Notes: generated by a model not told the origin, from the letters alone. Numbered from the stretch's first letter, positions 22,759 to 33,830 are shown. The stretch: DNA of 64,000 nucleotides from an uncultured Bacteroidales bacterium (GCA_937889945.1 CALBZC010000013.1:46432-110431); one strand, 5' to 3'. Numbers and translations are program-made.

Positions 22759-24165
22759 ATGATTTTAAAAACAAATTTTATGAGCGACGATATTTTTCAA
22801 GGATATAAAGGCGAAGCTTTAGAAATATTAAAGAATTATAATGTGCGCGTGTGGGGGCAGGCTGTAGTAAAAACCACACGGGGAGAGTTTATGGGAACCG
22901 TTTTACCCAGAGCGGAAAACGATGATACAAAGCACATTGTAGTAAAAATTTCTACGGGCTATAATATTGGCATTGACGTTGCCAACATTACCGATATGCA
23001 GGAAACCGGTTACAAAAAAGCCAATTATAAAATTCCAGAAAAAGAGTTTCCATATACACAAGGACTGCCCAAGGTAAAACTCATCGGCACCGGTGGAACA
23101 ATAGCGTCGAGGCTTGATTATCGTACAGGAGCTGTTATTCCTGCTTTTTCGCCGGGAGAATTATATGGCGCCGTTCCCGAGTTGGCTCAAATATGTAATC
23201 TTACTACAGAGAAAGTATTTGCCGTATTTAGCGAAAACATGGCGCCGGAAAATTACATTAAACTGGCAATTGCTATCGGCAAAGAGATAGAAGCCGGAGT
23301 TGACGGCATTGTGATAGGACATGGAACAGATACGTTGCATCACACAGCTGCCGCCTTAACATTCATGGTTCAAAACTCACCTATACCCATTGTTTTGGTA
23401 GGCTCGCAACGTTCCAGCGATCGTCCCAGCTCGGATGCCGCTCTCAACCTCATGCACGCCTGTACTGCAGCCGGCCATGGCGATATTGCCGAAGTAATGA
23501 TTTGCATGTTTGGTCCTACCAGCGATGAATACGGATTTTTGCACCGCGGCACTCGCGTGCGCAAAATGCACTCCTCCTATCGCTCTACATTCCGCACATT
23601 AGGCGATACACCTCTTGCCACAGTTACACGCAACGGCGTTAGCCCAATAAAGGATGTTTACAACAAACGTCGCCACGATAAAAAAGCCACTATATTGCCT
23701 TATTTTGAAGAAAAAGTGGCTATTGTATATTATTACCCTAATATGCAGCCTGACATTATTGATGCACTTGTTAATAATGGTTATAAAGGCATTGTGATTG
23801 CCGGCACAGGCTTAGGGCATGTCAACAAACCGCTTTATCCTGCCATAGAGCGGGCAACCCAAGCCGGTGTTGCCATATATATGACCGTGCAAACGCTATG
23901 GGGCTATGCGCACATGTTTGTTTACGATACGGGACGCGATTTGATGGCTAAAGGCGTTATACCTGCGGCAAACATGCTTCCCGAAGTAGCTTATGTAAAA
24001 TTAGGGTGGGCTTTAGGACAAACTTCCGATTTGGAAGAAGTAAAACGTTTAATGCTCACACCCGTAAACGATGAAATAACACCGCGAGAACCATATAATG
24101 GTTATCTTGTTTACCAAGGCGGAGTACCCGAGGTGGAGGAGTTTATAAGAAAAGTGCATAAATAA
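22759..24165 (+). CDS. gatD: Archaeal-type glutamyl-tRNA(Gln) amidotransferase subunit D (GatD-like, asparaginase fold)
   Basis: About 90-aa N-terminal domain followed by an asparaginase-type core. Motifs: GTGGTIASRLDYRTGAV, GHGTDTLHHTAAALTF, VGSQRSSDRPSSDAALNL. Starts 15 nt after the gatE stop. An alternative start is Met8 at 22780. Confidence 0.8.
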   Translation: MILKTNFMSDDIFQGYKGEALEILKNYNVRVWGQAVVKTTRGEFMGTVLPRAENDDTKHIVVKISTGYNIGIDVANITDMQETGYKKANYKIPEKEFPYTQGLPKVKLIGTGGTIASRLDYRTGAVIPAFSPGELYGAVPELAQICNLTTEKVFAVFSENMAPENYIKLAIAIGKEIEAGVDGIVIGHGTDTLHHTAAALTFMVQNSPIPIVLVGSQRSSDRPSSDAALNLMHACTAAGHGDIAEVMICMFGPTSDEYGFLHRGTRVRKMHSSYRSTFRTLGDTPLATVTRNGVSPIKDVYNKRRHDKKATILPYFEEKVAIVYYYPNMQPDIIDALVNNGYKGIVIAGTGLGHVNKPLYPAIERATQAGVAIYMTVQTLWGYAHMFVYDTGRDLMAKGVIPAANMLPEVAYVKLGWALGQTSDLEEVKRLMLTPVNDEITPREPYNGYLVYQGGVPEVEEFIRKVHK

Positions 24166-24636
24166 ATTTTAAAAAATAATTTATCACACGTAAAGTTTAA
24201 AAACAGAATACCCAATTCATCCCTAATATAAACCACATAAGAACATAGTTTCTTATATAGTTGTTTTAATTGTTTTAAACAGTTTCACATAATTACAAAA
24301 GCATAGTTTTTGCCGCCTTTATGCCCCCTATTGAATTGTCCTGTAGTTTTCATGTGTTTATAATTTTATTTTTGGTCACATGGAACTCGCACATAAACAT
24401 TCCCTTGTGTGTCCAAACTTAGTTTGTCGTGCTCGTTTCTTAGCATCAAATTCAATACTTGCGCATGCTAAATATTCAACTATGTTACCATGGGGCTTAT
24501 TATCATTAAAATTTGATTGAGCAAAAAGTATATGGGGAACTTATTTTTCCCAATTATACTAAGAGTAAATAAAGAGAAAGAACATTTTTTATACCATACA
24601 TCACATAAACTTCGAGTACTTATTTCTTAAACCCTA

Positions 24637-26427
24637 CTAACTATCAAATTTTAATACGGCTAAAAACGCGCTTTGCGGCACTTCCACGTTGCCTATCTGA
24701 CGCATCCGTTTTTTTCCTTTTTTCTGTTTTTCCAACAGCTTACGTTTACGCGAAATATCGCCGCCATAACATTTGGCAATAACGTCTTTGCGAACGGGGC
24801 GTATGGTTTCGCGAGCAATAATTTTAGCTCCTATGGCTGCCTGGATGGCAATTTCAAATTGTTGTCGCGGGATTAACTCTTTTAATTTTTCGCAGATTTT
24901 GCGACCAAAATTGTAGGCGTTATCTCTATGAATAAGAGCGCTTAATGCATCCACAGGATCGCCGTTCAGCAATATATCAAGCTTCACCAAATCTGCTTTT
25001 CTGAAATCGGAGATGTGATAGTCGAAAGAGGCATATCCTTTTGAGATGCTTTTCAGCCTGTCGTAAAAATCAAATACAATTTCGCCCAAAGGCATATCAA
25101 AACTAAGTTCCACGCGGTCTTGCGTCAAATATACCTGATTACGTAAAATTCCGCGCTTGTCTAAACAAAGTTTCATGATAGCGCCTTGGTATTCCGATTT
25201 AGATATAATTTGCGCTGCAATATAAGGCTCTTCCACAGTATCAATAAGCGTAACATCGGGCATGCCCGAAGGGTTGTGAACATCCAGTATTTCGCCTTTT
25301 GTGGTGTAAACCTTATACATAACGTTAGGAACGGTAGTTATCACATCCATGTTAAACTCCCTGTCCAAGCGTTCCTGAATAATTTCCATGTGCAATAAAC
25401 CCAAAAATCCACAACGGAAACCAAATCCTAATGCGGCAGACGATTCGGGTTCAAAAGTTAACGATGCATCATTGAGTTGCAATTTTTCGATAGAAGCACG
25501 CAATTCTTCATAATCATCGGCATCCACAGGATAAATGCCGGCAAATACCATGGGTTTCACATTGCTGAATCCTTCAATAGCTTTACTACAAGGACGTTCT
25601 ACATGTGTGATGGTATCTCCAACTTTAATTTCTTTTGCCGTTTTAATACCAGAAATAATATATCCCACATCTCCGGCTTTAAGCTCTTCCATGGGTTTTT
25701 GTTGCAATTTCAATGTCCCGATTTCGTCAGCGTGATATTCTTTTTGGGTGGCAACAAATTTTACAAAGTCGTTTTTTTTGATTGTACCGTTAAAAATGCG
25801 GAAATATGCAATAATACCACGAAAAGAATTGAATAAAGAGTCAAAAATAAGCGCTTGTAAAGGAGCATCGGGGTCGCCTTTGGGTGCGGGAACACGGTTA
25901 ACTACTGCTTCCAGTATGTCGTTTACGCCCATACCTGTTTTGCCACTGGCTTTTATAATATCTTCGGGCTTGCAGCCTATCAATTCCACAATTTGGTCTT
26001 CCACAGCCTCAGGCATTGCCGATGCCATATCCATTTTATTCATTACAGGAATAATTTCCAAATCATTATCTAATGCCAGATAAAGATTGGATATTGTTTG
26101 TGCCTGAATGCCTTGTGTAGCATCCACAATAAGCAAAGCGCCCTCGCAAGCAGCTATGGCGCGTGATACTTCATATGAGAAATCAACGTGGCCGGGTGTA
26201 TCAATAAGATTAAGCTTATAAGTTACTCCTTTATACGGGAAATCCATTTGTATGGCATGACTTTTAATGGTAATGCCACGTTCGCGCTCCAAATCCATAT
26301 CATCGAGCACCTGATCCTGCTGTTCACGCTCGTTTAACGTGCCGGTTGCTTCCAACAAGCGATCGGCCAACGTGCTTTTGCCATGATCTATATGTGCTAT
26401 AATACAAAAATTCCTGATATTCTCCAT
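24637..26427 (-). CDS. lepA: Elongation factor 4 (LepA)
   Basis: [39 protein letters not shown]. The C-terminal LepA-specific region ends ...QSAFLAVLK. Confidence 0.95.
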   Translation of the reverse strand: MENIRNFCIIAHIDHGKSTLADRLLEATGTLNEREQQDQVLDDMDLERERGITIKSHAIQMDFPYKGVTYKLNLIDTPGHVDFSYEVSRAIAACEGALLIVDATQGIQAQTISNLYLALDNDLEIIPVMNKMDMASAMPEAVEDQIVELIGCKPEDIIKASGKTGMGVNDILEAVVNRVPAPKGDPDAPLQALIFDSLFNSFRGIIAYFRIFNGTIKKNDFVKFVATQKEYHADEIGTLKLQQKPMEELKAGDVGYIISGIKTAKEIKVGDTITHVERPCSKAIEGFSNVKPMVFAGIYPVDADDYEELRASIEKLQLNDASLTFEPESSAALGFGFRCGFLGLLHMEIIQERLDREFNMDVITTVPNVMYKVYTTKGEILDVHNPSGMPDVTLIDTVEEPYIAAQIISKSEYQGAIMKLCLDKRGILRNQVYLTQDRVELSFDMPLGEIVFDFYDRLKSISKGYASFDYHISDFRKADLVKLDILLNGDPVDALSALIHRDNAYNFGRKICEKLKELIPRQQFEIAIQAAIGAKIIARETIRPVRKDVIAKCYGGDISRKRKLLEKQKKGKKRMRQIGNVEVPQSAFLAVLKFDS

Positions 26428-26555
26428 GCTTCTATATTTCTGTTTTTTTTATACTCCCTTTTTCGGGAAAAATTTACATATTTATCCATTACATTTAATA
26501 AGCATTCCCTAAAGGCAACTAAATGTTGATTTTATGTAAAATTTTATTAGGGGTG

Positions 26556-26563
26556 CAAAAGTA
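26556..26563 (-). promoter_or_regulatory. Candidate -7 box TACTTTTG (TAnnTTTG) for lepA
   Basis: The reverse complement of caaaagta matches the consensus. It lies about 130 nt upstream of the lepA ATG. Confidence 0.35.
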
Positions 26564-26896
26564 CGAAAAATCATGAAAATTTCACACGTCTAAATTATTA
26601 ATATCTTGGTTAATTTTTTAACGTTATTAATGCTTACACTTCATATAGGTTTGTTTTTAAAAGGTGTATGGGAAAGCGCATGAAAATCCATAATTTAATC
26701 ATTTTTTCGCGCGTAAATCTTTGATTTTTCTGTTTAGTTTCACACTTCTAATTTTATTAAACACATCTAAATTTAGTCTTATTGATTTTTAAAATAAACG
26801 CATTGATAATAAGTTTATTAACTATAAAACATACTTTATCTATTGCTTTTATGAATGGCTTTTTAATAAGCAAAGCAGGCGTTTAAATTTTACACG

Positions 26897-27016
26897 ATGT
26901 TTAAAAAATATTTTTTTGCAACCGTTCTTTTTGCAACTATTTTTTTAATTTTGTACTCTATCCTTTCACCTTACAAAACAAAACATTTAAATAAAATTAA
27001 TATATCAAATTTATGA
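26897..27016 (+). CDS. Candidate 39-aa single-pass membrane peptide (below the ORF-track threshold)
   Basis: Translated by hand: MFKKYFFATVLFATIFLILYSILSPYKTKHLNKINISNL. Its TGA overlaps the ATG of the next gene as ATGA (27013..27016). It lies in an AT-rich region, so a chance ORF is possible. Confidence 0.3.
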   Translation: MFKKYFFATVLFATIFLILYSILSPYKTKHLNKINISNL

Positions 27017-27639
27017 ATAAAAGAATATTATTATTCCTTTTCTCTATTTGCTTTTTTTCGAACGTAACACATGGACAAAGCACAGAAAAACCTCGAGGCA
27101 AAGTAGCGCCTGTAACCGGAATAGAATTTGGCATTTTAGGAACTGATCTTTATCATGAGCAATATATCGATAGAGAATGGGCTTTACGCTATCAAATAGG
27201 CTTGATAAATGAAACCATAGGCTACCGCAGCAAAGAGGAACCTAATTTTGCTTTCAGCTTAATGCCTTCGGTTTCGGTATCTCCCAAATGGTATTACAAT
27301 ATTGGCAAACGCGGCTTAAACGGAAAAAATGTAAAAAACAACGCGGCTAATTTTGTTTTATTCAATTTCGGATATGCAACCAACAGGATAAGGGTTAGCA
27401 ATTTAAAAGAAAAAATAATGCAAGACCCTTATTTTCCTAATCAAACATATTTGCAAGACGCTTACAAGAAATTAGATTTAATATACCTCACTCCATCATG
27501 GGGATTGCGTCGTAGCTTTTGTAAAAATTATACATATGAATTTAAAATAGGCGCAGGCGCGGGAATTTTTATGAAAAAAGATGAAACAAAACTATCTCCT
27601 ACTTTTGACATAACATTTAAAATAGGGTATGTGTTTTAA
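27013..27639 (+). CDS. Hypothetical exported protein, probably a small outer-membrane beta-barrel
   Basis: Signal peptide MNKRILLFLFSICFFSNVTHG. Alternating beta-strand-like pattern. C-terminus ends FKIGYVF, an aromatic terminal residue typical of OMPs. Confidence 0.55.
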   Translation: MNKRILLFLFSICFFSNVTHGQSTEKPRGKVAPVTGIEFGILGTDLYHEQYIDREWALRYQIGLINETIGYRSKEEPNFAFSLMPSVSVSPKWYYNIGKRGLNGKNVKNNAANFVLFNFGYATNRIRVSNLKEKIMQDPYFPNQTYLQDAYKKLDLIYLTPSWGLRRSFCKNYTYEFKIGAGAGIFMKKDETKLSPTFDITFKIGYVF

Positions 27640-27670
27640 TAATCTAAATACCTAAAGACCAAATATATAT

Positions 27671-27706
27671 TACCGGCTTAACAATAATTAACGCCGGTAT
27701 TTTTAT
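27671..27706 (+). terminator. Rho-independent terminator
   Basis: Stem taccggc / gccggta followed by a T-run. Confidence 0.6.
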
Positions 27707-27798
27707 TTTTTAATATTCCCCATTCTAACCATATATGTATTTATCTGTTACTTTGCACAAATAAATAAAATCCGATATTTTTATATTGTCAATATTCT

Positions 27799-30700
27799 AT
27801 GTCTTCGCCTAACAAACCTGTTTTTTACACCGAAAACCCATCGCGCTGGAAAACTTTCTTATGGATTATAAAAATCATGACCGTAATTATCGTAATTGCA
27901 GCCATATCCATATTGCTTACCCTCTTACACAGTAACCATTTTCAAAAGCCTTCGTTACAAAAGCATCCCCAAACAATAGAAAAGTTGGTTATCTCAAAAA
28001 AAACCAACGATTTACAACGAAAAGATGTGGAATCTTTTTTGTCTTTAAAAAAGAAATACGAACAAAAAAAGCGGCATGACTTTTATTGCAAGTCTCACTT
28101 GGTTTACAATCCTCTTAAAAAACTATTACCAGTAAGCGCAGGATTTATGGTAAACTGGGACGTGCAATCGCGCTATTCCATGCACAAACACATATCATCC
28201 ATGAATATGATATTGCCCGAGTGGTTTTTTATTCAGGACAACTCAGATGAAATAGCTACAACCATCGATACCATTGCGCTCAACATCATGCGCAGAAACA
28301 ATGTGGCTATCGTGCCCATGCTCTCAAACTTTTACAACAACAAATGGAACAGTGATAATGTACACCGCATTATAAGCTCCAAAGCACGGCGTTCAAATCT
28401 TATAAGTTCCATAATTACCCAATTGGACAAATATAAATTTTCGGGCATAAATGTAGATATTGAAGATTTAAGAAAAGAAAATACCGATGAAAATATTATC
28501 GCTTTTCAAAAAGAGCTTTATGAACGTTTGCATAACAAGGGGTATATCGTGTCGCAGGATGTAGCGCCTTTTAACGCCGACTATAATCTGGAAGAGCTTA
28601 ATAAATATAATGATCTGATTTTTCTAATGGCGTATGATTTGCATAATGCGCCGTCAAAAGCGGGAGCCGTGGCTCCGCATAAGTGGGTTGAGCAGGCTTT
28701 ATTGGAAACATTAGGAAAAATACCGCCGCAAAAAGTAGTCCTCTGTTTGGCAGCATATGGCTATGACTGGCCCCAAAACCAAAAAGGCGAAGATGTTACC
28801 TACCAAACGGCTATTGCCACAGCGCTTGAAAGTGAAGGCAAAATAAAATTCGATTCTCTGACGTACAACCTTAATTATACCTATTGGGATGAGTTTGATA
28901 AACAGCATGATGTATATTTTACCGATGCCATTACAAACTTTAATGCCATGCGTTTGGCTGCAAACTACCAAGCAGCAGGGGTAGCTTTATGGCGGTTGGG
29001 TTCTGAAGACCCACGGGTGTGGAGGTTTTATAAAACAAACCTTAACGACTTTTATCTCAGCAAATTACCATTACAGTTCAAACAGTTTGAACACATTGCA
29101 TCTTCTTATGGGGTTGACTATTTAGGAACTGGTGAAATTTTATATGTAAAAGCCAAGCCCGAAACAGGAAATGCCGAACTAACTTATAATGCCGCATCAC
29201 AATTTTTTACGGATGAAAGGTACAAAAAACTACCCACAGATTATGTGGTGGACAGAAAAGGACGAAAGGTAAAAAAAGTAGTATTAAGTTTTGACGATGG
29301 TCCGGATAAAAGATATACACCTCATATTTTGGCTATATTGAAAAGATATGATGTACCCGCGGTTTTCTTTGTTACGGGCATTAACGCGCAACAAAACTTG
29401 CCTTTGCTGGAACGTATATATAACGAAGGACACGAAATAGGAAATCATACTTTTCTGCATCCCAACATAGCTCATATTTCAGACAGTCGCTTCCGGCTTG
29501 AACTCAGATATACTAATTCGCTTATAGAAGCCATGACGGGGCATAGCACTATATTATTCCGCCCTCCTTATGATATAGATGCAACACCTGCTGATGCCGA
29601 ACAGCTTATCCCTATCAACGTGGCGCAGTCTGAGGGTTTTCTCACAATAGGTAATGCCATTGACCCTTGGGACTGGAAAAAAGGTACTCCCGCGGATAGT
29701 ATTTACCAAAGAGCAGTAGAGCAAAAGGATTTAGGAAATATCATATTACTACATGATTCGGGTGGCGAACGGGAAGAAACAATAAAAGCACTTCCCCGTA
29801 TTATCGAATATTATAAAAATCACGGCTACCAGTTTGTGAGCTTATCCAATCTTATGGATAAAAACCGTGATTATGTGATGCCTGTAGAAAAAGGCATTAT
29901 AAACGATTATTTGCATTCTACCGACGCTACTGTTTATAAGGCAGGATATTATTTTGGTCAATTCTTGTCGGTATTATTCATGCTGGCGCTTATTCTTTCC
30001 GTTTTTAAAATAGTAATGATGGCGATTCTTTCTATTTATCAGAAAATAAAAGATAATAAAGAGCATACCAAAGCCAAACACAACGTACAACCTTTACCAA
30101 AGCCGCTTGTAAGCATTATTGTTCCGGGATATAACGAAGAATTGACGGCAGTGAAAACCGTTGAAAATCTTTTAAAAACAGATTATCCGCATTTCGAAAT
30201 TGTTTTTATTGATGATGGCTCAAAGGATAAAACCTATGAAATTGTACACGATACTTTTAAACAAAATGCCAACGTAAAAGTACTTACCAAAGTTAACGGA
30301 GGCAAAGCATCTGCTTTAAATTACGGCATTTCGCACGCAAACGGAGATATTCTTGTATGTATAGATGCCGATACGGTATTGAAAAGTGATGCCATATCCA
30401 AACTTATTGAGAAATTTAATAATCAAAAAGTAGCGGCTGTTGCAGGCAATGTAAAAGTAGGAAACCGGAACAAGCTTTTAACGCGTTGGCAAAGCATTGA
30501 ATATATTACCAGTCAAAACTTTGAACGCAGGGCTTTTGACATATTAAACGGCATTATGGTAATTCCAGGCGCCATTGGAGCTTTCAGAAGAAGTGCCGTA
30601 ATGGAAATAGGCGGTTTTGCCACAGATACTTTAGCCGAAGATTGTGATTTAACGTTGCGCCTGCTCAAGCAAGGTCATATCGTACATACCTGCAATGAAG

Positions 30701-31185
30701 CCCTTGCCTACACAGAAGTCCCCGAAACGCTTACCATGTTTATGAAACAGCGCTTGAGATGGACTTTTGGAATTATGCAATCTTTTTGGAAACACCGCAA
30801 CACGCTTTTTACCCGCAAGCCGGCAAACCTTGGTTGGGTTATATTGCCCAATATTCTTATTTTCCAGATGATATTACCCTTATTTTCACCATTGGTAGAT
30901 ATCATGCTTGTTACCTCCCTTTTTATGCCCGATCCGCAAAGTACCATCATTCTTTATTTTTCATATTACGCGCTCGATGTAGTAATATCATATATGGCAT
31001 ACCGCTTTGATAAAGAAAAAATGAAAATGATGGACTTACTGAATATTTTTATACAGCGGATAGTATATCGGCAGCTACTGTGGTTTGTGCTGGCAAAGTC
31101 TTTTCTGCGCGCCATTAAAGGAGAACTTGCACAATGGGGCGTTCTTAAGAGAACAGGAAACGTAAGTCATTCTATCAATTCATAA
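27799..31185 (+). CDS. Fusion protein: GH18-like domain, NodB/CE4 polysaccharide deacetylase and family-2 processive glycosyltransferase (PNAG/chitin-oligomer-type synthase)
   Basis: N-terminal TM (FLWIIKIMTVIIVIAAISILLTLL). GH18-like GINVDIEDL and YDLHN. CE4 motifs VVLSFDDGP and GHEIGNHTFLHP. Central TM. GT2 motifs SIIVPGYNEE, FIDDGSKD, CIDADT and QRLRWTFG (QxxRW). C-terminal TM helices. Confidence 0.8.
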   Translation: MSSPNKPVFYTENPSRWKTFLWIIKIMTVIIVIAAISILLTLLHSNHFQKPSLQKHPQTIEKLVISKKTNDLQRKDVESFLSLKKKYEQKKRHDFYCKSHLVYNPLKKLLPVSAGFMVNWDVQSRYSMHKHISSMNMILPEWFFIQDNSDEIATTIDTIALNIMRRNNVAIVPMLSNFYNNKWNSDNVHRIISSKARRSNLISSIITQLDKYKFSGINVDIEDLRKENTDENIIAFQKELYERLHNKGYIVSQDVAPFNADYNLEELNKYNDLIFLMAYDLHNAPSKAGAVAPHKWVEQALLETLGKIPPQKVVLCLAAYGYDWPQNQKGEDVTYQTAIATALESEGKIKFDSLTYNLNYTYWDEFDKQHDVYFTDAITNFNAMRLAANYQAAGVALWRLGSEDPRVWRFYKTNLNDFYLSKLPLQFKQFEHIASSYGVDYLGTGEILYVKAKPETGNAELTYNAASQFFTDERYKKLPTDYVVDRKGRKVKKVVLSFDDGPDKRYTPHILAILKRYDVPAVFFVTGINAQQNLPLLERIYNEGHEIGNHTFLHPNIAHISDSRFRLELRYTNSLIEAMTGHSTILFRPPYDIDATPADAEQLIPINVAQSEGFLTIGNAIDPWDWKKGTPADSIYQRAVEQKDLGNIILLHDSGGEREETIKALPRIIEYYKNHGYQFVSLSNLMDKNRDYVMPVEKGIINDYLHSTDATVYKAGYYFGQFLSVLFMLALILSVFKIVMMAILSIYQKIKDNKEHTKAKHNVQPLPKPLVSIIVPGYNEELTAVKTVENLLKTDYPHFEIVFIDDGSKDKTYEIVHDTFKQNANVKVLTKVNGGKASALNYGISHANGDILVCIDADTVLKSDAISKLIEKFNNQKVAAVAGNVKVGNRNKLLTRWQSIEYITSQNFERRAFDILNGIMVIPGAIGAFRRSAVMEIGGFATDTLAEDCDLTLRLLKQGHIVHTCNEALAYTEVPETLTMFMKQRLRWTFGIMQSFWKHRNTLFTRKPANLGWVILPNILIFQMILPLFSPLVDIMLVTSLFMPDPQSTIILYFSYYALDVVISYMAYRFDKEKMKMMDLLNIFIQRIVYRQLLWFVLAKSFLRAIKGELAQWGVLKRTGNVSHSINS

Positions 31186-31249
31186 TAAAGTGAGGGATTA
31201 ATCAAAAATAAATTTAACTTTTTTATGGTATTTATAAAACTATAAGTTC

Positions 31250-31257
31250 TATCTTTG
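31250..31257 (+). promoter_or_regulatory. Candidate -7 box TATCTTTG (TAnnTTTG) for gap
   Basis: Exact consensus match 49 nt upstream of the gap ATG. Confidence 0.45.
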
Positions 31258-31284
31258 CCAAGCGAAATACCGTAATTTAAATAA

Positions 31285-32310
<1,026 letters not shown>

Positions 32311-32338
32311 ACTTAAAATAAAAAACTAATTTGAAAAT

Positions 32339-32372
32339 AGGCTGTTCATCAAAACCGGACAGCCTATTTTTT
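32339..32372 (+). terminator. Rho-independent terminator of gap
   Basis: Stem aggctgt / acagcct followed by tattttttatt. Confidence 0.75.
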
Positions 32373-32426
32373 ATTCTTTTCATCTTAATAAAAACATTTA
32401 AAATCATGTAAACAATACTATTTTAT

Positions 32427-33746
32427 ATGGAAAATTTTGTAATACAACAACATCCGGCAGATATAGCCGAACAACTGTCAGCTTTAGACAAAAAAGAGAG
32501 AAATCTGTCCTTTCTCAAACTCTCAGGCGAGCAAAAAGCCGATATATTTCCTTTCCTTGACCTTGGCATACAACAAGAAATTATTAAAAATTTAGGAAAT
32601 AAAGAAACTAAGGAGCTTATAAACAAGCTGGCTCCTGACGACAGAACCCTTATTTTTACAGATTTTCCGGATAATATTATCAAACAAATCATCAATTTGC
32701 TCGATGATGAGCACCGTGCAGAAGCGCTTAATTTACTGGGATATGAAAACAACAGTATCGCAAGGCTCATGACGCCCAACTATATACAGGCAAAGCCCGA
32801 ATGGACGGTAAAACATGTAATGCAGCATATCAAAAAATTCGGCAAAAAAGCTGAAACGCTTAACTTTATCTACATTGTGGATAATCAAAACAAACTGATT
32901 GACGACTTGCGCATAGGACAATTATTGATGGTGGATGACAATACGCTCATATCCGATTTGATGGACAGGAATTTTGTATCCATTACTACTACCCAAACCG
33001 TAGAAGACGGGCTTCTGATTTTCGATAAATATGAACGCGAAGCACTGCCTATTGTCACAGAAAACGGAACGCTGGTTGGCATCGTCACTTTCGACGATTT
33101 ACTCTCTAAAATAGAACAACGCGATACGGAAGATATGCAGAAATTCGGGGGTATGGAAGAGTTGGATGTTTCATATACCCAAACCAAGCTACTTGATTTG
33201 GTGAAGAAACGTGCCGGATGGCTCATTATTCTGTTTATTGGCGAAATGCTCACCGCTTCAGCCATGGGACATTTTGATGATGAAATTTCACGCGCTGTGG
33301 TATTGGCATTGTTTGTGCCTCTCATCATTTCCAGTGGAGGAAATTCCGGCTCCCAGGCGGCATCGCTTATTATACGCGCCATGGCGCTCAAGGAACTCAC
33401 GTTAAAAGATTGGTTTTATGTGATGCGTAAAGAAATTTTGTCAGGTTTGATGTTAGGGGTTATTTTGGGAACAATAGGATTTATACGTATTTTTATTTGG
33501 CAAAAAACAGGCATTTACGATTATGGACAATATTGGTTTTGGGTTGCCATGAGTGTTTCTTTTTCTTTGGTTGTTATTGTAATGTGGGGCACGCTCTCGG
33601 GGTCTTTAATACCCTTTGTCCTCAGGCGCATAGGATTGGATCCGGCTACCGCATCGGCGCCTTTTGTGGCCACACTGGTGGATGTAACAGGACTTATTAT
33701 CTATTTTACCATTTCGGCAATATTTCTGGCAGGCAAGTTATTATAA
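32427..33746 (+). CDS. mgtE: Magnesium transporter MgtE
   Basis: MgtE N-domain, a CBS pair and a TM domain with SSGGNSGSQAAS and DPATASAPFVATLVDVTGL. Confidence 0.9.
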   Translation: MENFVIQQHPADIAEQLSALDKKERNLSFLKLSGEQKADIFPFLDLGIQQEIIKNLGNKETKELINKLAPDDRTLIFTDFPDNIIKQIINLLDDEHRAEALNLLGYENNSIARLMTPNYIQAKPEWTVKHVMQHIKKFGKKAETLNFIYIVDNQNKLIDDLRIGQLLMVDDNTLISDLMDRNFVSITTTQTVEDGLLIFDKYEREALPIVTENGTLVGIVTFDDLLSKIEQRDTEDMQKFGGMEELDVSYTQTKLLDLVKKRAGWLIILFIGEMLTASAMGHFDDEISRAVVLALFVPLIISSGGNSGSQAASLIIRAMALKELTLKDWFYVMRKEILSGLMLGVILGTIGFIRIFIWQKTGIYDYGQYWFWVAMSVSFSLVVIVMWGTLSGSLIPFVLRRIGLDPATASAPFVATLVDVTGLIIYFTISAIFLAGKLL

Positions 33747-33830
33747 ATAATTACATCTTGCGTATTGACAAGTCAAAGATAAAAAGTAATTTTATAGACT
33801 GAAATTTTCAGTTAACACATCAGGGAATAT

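Noticed and set aside
32885-33400. 171-codon minus-strand ORF inside mgtE. Similar cases are 39753..40235 and 40325..40744 inside the ubiB-like gene, 61257..61700 opposite the HemD-like gene, and 31713..32120 inside gap.
   Set aside because: Each is antisense to a confidently identified gene and lacks motifs, so these are shadow ORFs.
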